Positions 54,923 to 64,000 of a stretch of DNA of 64,000 bases are shown in pieces. Within the stretch, counting starts at the first letter, position 1, and every line of letters begins with the position of its first letter. Position numbers and translations under genes: made by a program. The notes under the pieces were generated by a model, which saw only the letters and a list, made by a program, of their open reading frames with translations, had not been told where the DNA came from and made no database searches. The DNA is from Macrostomum hystrix (taxonomy: Eukaryota > Animalia > Platyhelminthes). Where the stretch lies: assembly GCA_950097015.1 (NCBI GenBank), contig CATNEN010000030.1, forward strand, positions 1,240,001-1,304,000. Reading direction: 5' to 3'.

Positions 54923-55734
54923 GATTTCAGTTCGTGATTCTAAGAAATGAAAGAGAAGTGAAGCAAGGAGGTCACTAAAAATGTTGGCTCACCCAAGTTG
55001 ACGCCGCACATGCGCAGTTGTAGTAGATTGGCTAAGATTTGGGACAAGTCTGAGGCTTCTGAAATGAATGACTGTGTCTCCATTTGGCGCACTGCTACAT
55101 TAAGCTGTGAATATGAGTATATGCGTTAGTCCGTAACGCATAAAATATACTCCTACTGATGTTACTTACTAAGTTAACAAATGTATGCGCTAAAATTCTA
55201 TAACTAATATAACATTCATATTCCATTCAGATCAGTGCAAACGTACCTTATAACAAAATTCTAACCGATATGGTTAAAACAAAACTCAACTCTCACACAA
55301 ACCACTGTCCATTTTGTGTTTCTGTCTTTTGTAATCAACTGCAACTATGCTGTAGTATAATAGTCCTTTCTAAGGCTATTAATGCTTTGTATTCACCCCA
55401 AAACAATACCTATCTCCCTATAAGCCATCTGGCGTTCTGAAAAAAACCTCGCAAACTGCCCACCTTCAGATCCCATTCATATACAAATCCCCATTCATAA
55501 ATTGAGCTGTCAGACAACAACTTACAAAATTATATTATTTGGGCCTGCAAGGGGGTCCAAAGGTATAGCAATATCCATTACTAGGGCACGCAATTGTAGC
55601 TATATAAAAATATTCTTTGCTCCGAGAATATATTTATGTTTATATTAGTCCACATGCACAAATGTGAAGCCATAAATTGAAATCACTGCTATACAATATG
55701 ATCCTGCTTTGCATAAACACAAAAGCATCAAATA

Positions 55735-58700
55735 AGAATCATTCTAGATCTTCTGAATCCTCCTAGATCTTCTGAATCCTCCTAGATCTTCTGAATCATT
55801 CTAGATCTTCTGAATCCTCCTAGATATACTGAATCCTCCTAGATATTCTGAATCCTCCTAGATATTCTGAATCATTCTAGATCTTCTGAATCCTCCTAGA
55901 TATTCTGAATCCTCCTAGATCTTCTGAATCATTCTAGATCTTCTGAATCATTCTAGATCTTCTGAATCATTCTAGATCTTCTGAATCATTCTAGATCTTC
56001 TGGATCATTCTAGATCTTCTGAATCATTCTAGATCTTCTGGATCATTCTAGATCTTCTGAATCATTCTAGATCTTCTGAATCATTCTAGATCTTCTGAAT
56101 CATTCTAGATCTTCTGGATCATTCTAGATCTTCTGAATCATTCTAGATCTTCTGGATCATTCTAGATCTTCTGAATCCTCCTAGATATTCTGAATCCTCC
56201 TAGATCTTCTGAATCATTCTAGATCTTCTGAATCATTCTAGATCTTCTGAATCATTCTAGATCTTCTGAATCATTCTAGATCTTCTGGATCATTCTAGAT
56301 CTTCTGAATCATTCTAGATCTTCTGGATCATTCTAGATCTTCTGAATCATTCTAGATCTTCTGAATCATTCTAGATCTTCTGAATCATTCTAGATCTTCT
56401 GGATCATTCTAGATCTTCTGAATCATTCTAGATCTTCTGAATCATTCTAGATCTTCTGGATCATTCTAGATCTTCTGAATCATTCTAGATCTTCTGAATC
56501 ATTCTAGATCTTCTGAATCATTCTAGATCTTCTGGATCATTCTAGATCTTCTGAATCATTCTAGATCTTCTGAATCATTCTAGATCTTCTGAATCATTCT
56601 AGATCTTCTGGATCATTCTAGATATTCTGAATCCTCCTAGATATTCTGAATCCTCCTAGATCTTCTGAATCCTCCTAGATATTCTGGATCCTCCTAGATC
56701 TTCTGAATCCTCCTAGATATTCTGGATCCTCCTAGATATTCTGAATCCTCCTAGATATTCTGGATCCTCCTAGATATTCTGAATCCTCCTAGATATTCTG
56801 AATCCTCCTAGATATTCTGAATCCTCCTAGATATTCTGAATCCTCCTAGATCTTCTGAATCCTCCTAGATCTTCTGAATCCTCCTAGATCTTCTGAATCC
56901 TCCTAGATATTCTGAATCCTCCTAGATCTTCTGAATCCTCCTAGATCTTCTGAATCCTCCTAGATATTCTGAATCCTCCTAGATCTTCTGAATCATTCTA
57001 GATCTTCTGAATCATTCTAGATCTTCTGGATCATTCTAGATCTTCTGAATCCTCCTAGATCTTCTGAATCATTCTAGATCTTCTGAATCCTCCTAGATCT
57101 TCTGAATCATTCTAGATCTTCTGAATCCTCCTAGATATTCTGAATCCTCCTAGATATTCTGAATCCTCCTAGATAATCTGAATCCTCCTAGATATTCTGA
57201 ATCATTCTAGATCTTCTGAATCCTCCTAGATATTCTGAATCCTCCTAGATCTTCTGAATCATTCTAGATCTTCTGAATCATTCTAGATCTTCTGAATCAT
57301 TCTAGATCTTCTGAATCATTCTAGATCTTCTGAATCATTCTAGATCTTCTGGATCATTCTAGATCTTCTGAATCATTCTAGATCTTCTGAATCATTCTAG
57401 ATCTTCTGAATCATTCTAGATCTTCTGAATCATTCTAGATCTTCTGAATCATTCTAGATCTTCTGAATCATTCTAGATCTTCTGGATCATTCTAGATCTT
57501 CTGAATCATTCTAGATCTTCTGAATCATTCTAGACCTGAATACTCCTAGATCTTCTGAATCATTCTAGAACCTGAATCCTCCTAGATCTTCTGAATCATT
57601 CTAGACCTGAATACTCCTAGATCTTCTGAATCATTCTAGACCTGAATCCTCCTAGATCTTCTGAATCATTCTAGACCCGAATACTCCTAGATCTTCTGAA
57701 TCATTCTAGACCCGAATACTCCTAGATCTTCTGAATCATTCTAGACCCGAATACTCCTAGATCTTCTGAATCATTCTAGACCTGAATCCTCCTAGATCTT
57801 CTGAATCATTCTAGACCCGAATACTCCTAGATCTTCTGAATCATTCTAGACCCGAATACTCCTAGATCTTCTGAATCATTCTAGATCTTCTGAATCATTC
57901 TAGATCTTCTGGATCATTCTAGATCTTCTGAATCATTCTAGATCTTCTGAATCATTCTAGATCTTCTGAATCATTCTAGATCTTCTGAATCATTCTAGAT
58001 CTTCTGAATCATTCTAGATCTTCTGAATCATTCTAGATCTTCTGGATCATTCTAGATCTTCTGAATCATTCTAGATCTTCTGAATCATTCTAGACCTGAA
58101 TACTCCTAGATCTTCTGAATCATTCTAGAACCTGAATCCTCCTAGATCTTCTGAATCATTCTAGACCTGAATACTCCTAGATCTTCTGAATCATTCTAGA
58201 CCTGAATCCTCCTAGATCTTCTGAATCATTCTAGACCCGAATACTCCTAGATCTTCTGAATCATTCTAGACCCGAATACTCCTAGATCTTCTGAATCATT
58301 CTAGACCCGAATACTCCTAGATCTTCTGAATCATTCTAGACCCGAATACTCCTAGATCTTCTGAATCATTCTAGAACCTGAATCCTCCTAGATCTTCTGA
58401 ATCATTCTAGACCTGAATACTCCTAGATCTTCTGAATCATTCTAGACCTGAATCCTCCTAGATCTTCTGAATCATTCTAGACCCGAATACTCCTAGATCT
58501 TCTGAATCATTCTAGACCCGAATACTCCTAGATCTTCTGAATCATTCTAGACCCGAATACTCCTAGATCTTCTGAATCATTCTAGACCCGAATACTCCTA
58601 GATCTTCTGAATCATTCTAGACCTGAATCCTCCTAGATCTTCTGAATCATTCTAGACCCGAATACTCCTAGATCTTCTGAATCATTCTAGACCCGAATAC

Positions 58701-58735
58701 TCCTAGATCTTCTGAATCATTCTCAGATCTGAATC
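55735..58735. repeat. 3-kb 19-bp satellite evolving into a 35-bp higher-order unit
   Basis: ctagatcttctgaatc(att/ctc), then ctagatcttctgaatcattctagacccgaatactc. Confidence 0.97.
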
Positions 58736-59489
58736 ATCACATTTTCTCCGTATGTGAATCGCATTAAAACTGCTAGGAAAATGTAAATGATTTCATAGTT
58801 GGCAAGTGTATCTGAATTTAATATTTGACAAATAAAATTATACACTTAAAAAGTGTTTGAAGCGTAACGATTGAACTCATCAAAGATTCAGCATTTGACC
58901 CCGCCTTAAGCTGCAATAGAGAGCAAAGTAAGTAGGTAAACAGCCCGAACTCAGAGCTTGACTGACTGAAATTTACCACAGTCAATAGTTGAATAAAGGG
59001 CCTAGCAACTGCATAGAAACAATGGCACCGCTTATTTTTAAGTGAAGTTTGAAAGCATGCACAGTTTGAAAAAGAAAAAAGTGCTATACTATCCGATCTG
59101 GATTTGCGATAGCGTGACCTGAGTTAAAATTTAGTGGGGCCATAAAATGTTAATCAAAAAAATAGTTTGAATTTCAATAATTTCAAGTTTCGGCTGAGTC
59201 TCTATCTGACTAAAATGTTTCATCTCAGTCTGAGTTTGTTTGTCAATTTGACTGCCTTTCAAATGCCTCTTTTAAAGGCTTTTTAAAATTCTCAATGACG
59301 AGTCAGCCAGTCTCCAAGGCGGGCCGGACCCGTCAACTCGGAGGTGCGGGTCGGGTCACTGGATGGGTTCACCACACGTGTCACTCGATCATGCGGTCTT
59401 TGTCTATTTCGGGTCTGAGATCACCATGCTATTCTAACTAGTCCAAAATGTTGGAGAAGAGAATAAAAAAAATATAGAATATTAGAAAT

Positions 59490-60058
59490 GGAGAGAATCA
59501 GGGAGAGAGTCAGGGAGAGAGTCAGGGAGAGAGTCAGGGAGAGAGAAAGTCAGGGAGAGAGTCAGGGAGAGAGTCAGGGAGAGTCAGGGAGAGAGTCAGG
59601 GAGAGAGTCAGGGAGAGTCAGGGAGAGAGTCAGGGAAAGAGTCAGGGAGAGAGAGAGTCAGGGAGAGAGTCAGGGAGAGAGTCAGGGAGAGAGAGAGTCA
59701 GGGAGAGAGTCAGGGAGAGAGAGAGTCAGGGAGAGAGTCAGGGAGGACTGAAGGAGAGTCTGATGGAGAGAGTCAGGGAGGACTGTTAGTACTGAAGGAG
59801 AGAGTCAGGGAGGACTGTTAGTACTGAAGGAGAGAGTCAGGGAGGACTGTTAGTACTGAAGGAGAGAGTCAGGGAGGACTGAAGGAGAGAGTCAGGGAGG
59901 ACTGTAAGGACTGAAGGAGAGAGTCAGGGAGGACTGTTAGTACTGAAGGAGAGAGTCAGGGAGGACTGAAGGAGAGAGTCAGGGAGGACTGAAGGAGAGA
60001 GTCAGGGAGGACTGAAGGAGAGAGTCAGGGAGGACTGTTAGTACGGAAGGAGAGAGTC
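59490..60058. repeat. 12-bp purine-rich satellite changing to 23-35-bp units
   Basis: cagggagagagt units, then gagagagtcagggaggactgaag with or without ttagtactg. Confidence 0.95.
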
Positions 60059-60509
60059 TTATACAATGACCAAAGACTTCAAAACGAAAAATAGCAGGCA
60101 TACTTTGGGCAACACAGCAACTGTTGCTGTATAGCTAACATCAGAGTCCTCTAATTTAGACTATAATCTCATTTTAATGTGTGTGTGTTTATATAAAAAT
60201 TCAGATCCATAAAAATCTCATTCCCATTGTGTCTGGTCACGATCTTCAGCCCAGGCCCGCATGTCTCTGGCCTTACCCGAAGTTACTAGCTGCAAGTGGT
60301 GTGGCTTTCAGGTCAATGCGGCCTACTGTCATAGCTAACATCTGTTGCTCGGTGATGTGTTTGCAATGTGATTTATGAAATCATTCTACTTTTCTGGGCT
60401 GGACTTCAGATTCAAATGCGGAGATAAAGCATTTCCTCATCCGTAATATTTTGATTAGAAATCTTAGTCTGCTTAGTTTGTGAGGTTCCGTTTGTTAGAT
60501 TTCTGATTC

Positions 60510-61608
60510 TGAGATTCAGACTGAGAGATTCAGGTTGCGAGACTCAGGCTGAGAGATTCAGGCTGAGAGATTCAGTCAGTAAGATTCAGGCTGAGAGATT
60601 CAGTCAGTAAGATTCAGGCTGAGAGATTCAGTCTGTAAGATTCAGGCTGAGAGATTCAAGCTGAGAGATTCAGGCTGAGAGATTCAGGCTGAGAGATTCA
60701 AGCTGAGAGATTCAGGCTGAGAGATTCAAGCTGAGAGATTCAGGCTGAGAGATTCAGTCAGTAAGATTCAAGCTGAGAGATTCAGGCTGTAAGATTCAAG
60801 CTGAGAGATTCAGTCAGTAAGATTCAAGCTGAGAGATTCAGGCTGTAAGATTCAGGCTGAGACATTCAGGCTGAGAGATTCAGGCTGTAAGATTCAGGCT
60901 GAGAGATTCAGTCTGTAAGATTCAGGCTGAGAGATTCAGGCTGAGACATTCAGTCTGTAAGATTCAGGCTGAGACATTCAGGCTGAGAGATTCAGTCTGT
61001 AAGATTCAGGCTGAGAGATTCAGTCTGTAAGATTCAGGCTGAGAAATTCAGGCTGAGACATTCAGTCTGTAAGATTCAGGCTGAGACATTCAGGCTGAGA
61101 GATTCAGGCTGTAAGATTCAGGCTGAGATTCAGACTGAGACATTCCGGCTGTAAGATTCAGGCTGAGAGATTCAGTCAGTAAGATTCAGTCAGTAAGATT
61201 CAAGCTGAGAGATTCAAGCTGAGAGATTCAGGCTGTAAGATTCAAGCTGAGAGATTCAGGCTGAGAGATTCAGTCTGTAAGATTCAGTCAGTAAGATTCA
61301 AGCTGAGAGATTCAGGCTGAGAGATTCAGTCTGTAAGATTCAGTCAGTAAGATTCAAGCTGAGAGATTCAGGCTGAGAGATTCAGGCTGTAAGATTCAGT
61401 CAGTAAGATTCAAGCTGAGAGATTCAGGCTGAGAGATTCAGGCTGTAAGATTCTGGCTGAGATTCAGACTGAGAGATTCAGTCTGTAAGATTCAGGCTGA
61501 GACATTCAGGCTGAGAGATTCAGGCTGTAAGATTCTGGCTGAGACATTCAGGCTGAGACATTCAGGCTGTAAGATTCAGGCTGAGATTCAGACTGAGAAA
61601 TTCAGGCT
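60510..61608. repeat. 14-bp satellite
   Basis: gagagattcaggct and gtaagattcag(g/t)ct units. Confidence 0.96.
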
Positions 61609-62104
61609 TTAAAAAAATACTTATCAGGCCAATTATGAATCAAGCTAAAGAACTCGAGATTGAAGGGCGGAGTTGCATTGCTCTGGGGCAATTATCATCG
61701 CTTTCAATTTCAAAGACAGAGTGACTGAAAATTCTTTGATATCTGAGTGGAGTCAGATTTAATCTAGTGATCCTAATTTGTCTGTAATCATCCCAGCACG
61801 AATTGATTAACAGTGGCAGATTGACTTTAAATCACTGATCCATATCATCACGCTGCGAAATAGAATGAAATTATTATCATTAGAATCGAGTCAGTGATGT
61901 CGCATTTCATCTCTATTTGTCTCCAAGTCACTAATCTAGCTCAGATAATTTTCACAGATTTGAATCTGTTTTGCTTGGCTTGACTAACTGATTATTGATT
62001 GTGATTTAACAGCTGAATAAAGTGGAATTAGAGAGAGAATGTCTCAGTGATTCGGCGGTACAAATAGGAGGGACGGGGGAGGGAGATTCAGAGAGGATAG
62101 TCAG

Positions 62105-62880
62105 GAAGGGAGAGAATCAGGGTGGGAGAGTCAGGGTGAGAGTCTCAGGGTGAGAGAGACAGGGTGAGGGTGAGAGAGACAGGGTGAGTGGGAGAGAGTC
62201 AGGGTGAGGGGGAGAGAGTCAGGGTGAGGGGGAGAGAGTCAGGGTGAGGGGGAGAGAGTCAGGGTGAGGGGGAGAGAGTCAGGGTGAGGGGGTGAGGGTC
62301 AGGGTGAACTGGAGAGAGTCAGGGTGAACTGGAGAGAGTCAGGGTGAACTGGAGAGAGTCAGGGTGAGGGGGTGAGGGTCAGGGTGAACTGGAGAGAGTC
62401 AGGGTGAACTGGAGAGAGTCAGGGTGAGGGGGAGAGAGTCAGGGTGAGGGGGAGAAAGTCAGGGTGAGGGGGAGAGAGTCAGGGTGAGGGGGTGAGAGTC
62501 AGGGTGAGGGGGAGAGAGTCAGGGTGAGGGGGAGAAAGTCAGGGTGAGGGGGAGAGAGTCAGGGTGAGGGGGAGAGAGTCAGGGTGAGGGGGAGAGAGTC
62601 AGGGTGAGGGGGTGAGGGTCAGGGTGAGGGGGGGAGAGTCAGGGTGAGGGGGAGAGAGTCAGGGTGAGGGGGAGAGAGTCAGGGTGAGGGGGAGAGAGTC
62701 AGGGTGAGGGGGAGAGAGTCAGGGTGAGGGGGAGAGAGTCAGGGTGAACTGGAGAGAGTCAGGGTGAACTGGAGAGAGTCAGGGTGAACTGGTGAGAGTC
62801 AGGGTGAACTGGAGAGAGTCAGGTTGAGGGGGAGAGAGTCAGGTTGAGGGGGAGAGAGTCAGGGTGAACTGGAGAGAGTA
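62105..62880. repeat. 20-bp G-rich satellite
   Basis: Unit agggtgagggggagagagtc and the variant agggtgaactggagagagtc. Confidence 0.96.
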
Positions 62881-63331
62881 AGGCACGGCTATAGAATGTA
62901 ATGCAATGCAATGTACTGCAAAGTTAAGCATCTGAAAAACCCTTCTTGGCAAGTTTGCCCAGAAAGCTTGTTCCCATTGTTGCTATGCAAGCGCCTAATT
63001 CACGATTGTCAAACCGATTTTTCGTTTCAATTGCAATTGAAATTTATTGCCACTTTACAATAAAAGGCATACGCATCTGAGGAACTCAAAAGCTACTTGA
63101 AGATAACTTGAACCGTTTTTTCTCTTGAACTTGACCCTGGAAGCATCGGAAATACTGTATATATTTTGGAATTATCTAAAGGAACGAAAGGACAAAGAAT
63201 AAATACGAGCTTAGTTTTATGCAGGTAACAAAAGGTGAATTTCTAATTCCTTGTCTGATGGCTCAATGCCTTGAAGCCGCCATTCATATGGCTGAGTTGT
63301 AAATCATTCCAGCCTTTTTATGTCTCTGAAC

Positions 63332-63366
<35 letters not shown>

Positions 63367-63794
63367 ATTCCTGATGCTATAAAACACAAACAGGCAGTCA
63401 TGCTGGCGGTGCTCACAATTGAGTCTCTCTGCCTGTGAAATTCTCTTTTTCTGTCCCTGTTTAGTGGGGCTCTAATATATATTAGTCCCGCATCATCAGC
63501 AAACGGTGGTTTTGCCACGGCTCACTTAATTACGTTGAATAAATTTGTTATAGTTTTTTAGGGCATTTACTCTCGATTGACAATGCTGAGTAATTTTGGT
63601 TTAAATGATTTGTTTAATTAATATTTGAGGCGCTAAGGATTGCTCTCAGATGGAAAGATATTCTGCATGTCTAGATTATGATCCTGGATAAGTCTGTTAG
63701 TTAAGGATTAAACATTCTCAAACCGAATTCAAGTCTATAAATTTATTTCAATTTTTTTATTGACTTACAAAATCATGGAGTCAGCGAGTAGGCA

Positions 63795-64000
63795 GTGAGC
63801 TGTACTGAGTAATGAGCAGTAAATAATGAGCAATAAATAATGAGCAGTGATTAAGGAGCTGTGCATAATGAGCAGCGAATACTGAGCAGTGAATACTGAG
63901 CAGTGAATAATGAGCAGTGAATAATGAGCAGTGAATACTGAGCAGTGAATAATGAGCAGTAAACTATGAGCAGTGAATAATGAGCTGTAAATACTGAGCA
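63795..64000. repeat. 14-bp satellite running off the window end
   Basis: atgagcagtgaata units. Confidence 0.9.

Noticed and set aside
38585-54978. Long ORFs of S/L/P or E/R/G repeats (38.6, 42.6, 46.1, 47.0, 50.5 and 53.4-55.0 kb)
   Set aside because: All coincide with purine/pyrimidine satellites; no splice context or unique domain.
60510-61608. Satellite units containing gtaag...cag as serial micro-introns
   Set aside because: Spacing of about 10 nt is too short to splice and no host gene is evident.
63318-63518. 66-aa poly-Ala ORF on the minus strand
   Set aside because: Explained by a (GCA)n microsatellite; no homology or clear exon boundaries.

Overview
Eukaryotic (animal) genomic DNA: GC-rich spliced exons in AT-rich introns, many filled with minisatellites. 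This style suggests a free-living flatworm such as Macrostomum, but that is inference only. The left 37 kb holds seven spliced genes that I rebuilt by hand: SLC25A21 (+); a secreted five-repeat Cys-rich pacifastin-like protein (+); CFAP206 (-) head-to-head with DNAI1 (+); GABARAPL2/ATG8 (+); an MS4A/CD20-like four-TM protein (-); and a divergent Sox-like HMG-box factor (-). There is also an orphan exon-like ORF, and transposon debris (tRNA-derived SINEs, a deleted mariner, MITEs, LINE RT and Gypsy integrase fragments). The right 27 kb, upstream of the HMG gene, has no convincing gene: GC-rich non-coding islands alternate with large tandem arrays. The best leads are (1) the pacifastin-like protein, whose repeats lose one disulfide pair in concert, (2) a hAT-type MITE that appears to carry and spread an expanding minisatellite, (3) RFX X-box-like sites linking the CFAP206/DNAI1 pair and the HMG gene, and (4) the divergent HMG box. 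Single-base frameshifts in two genes may be assembly errors. All homology calls are from motif recognition; no searches were run.
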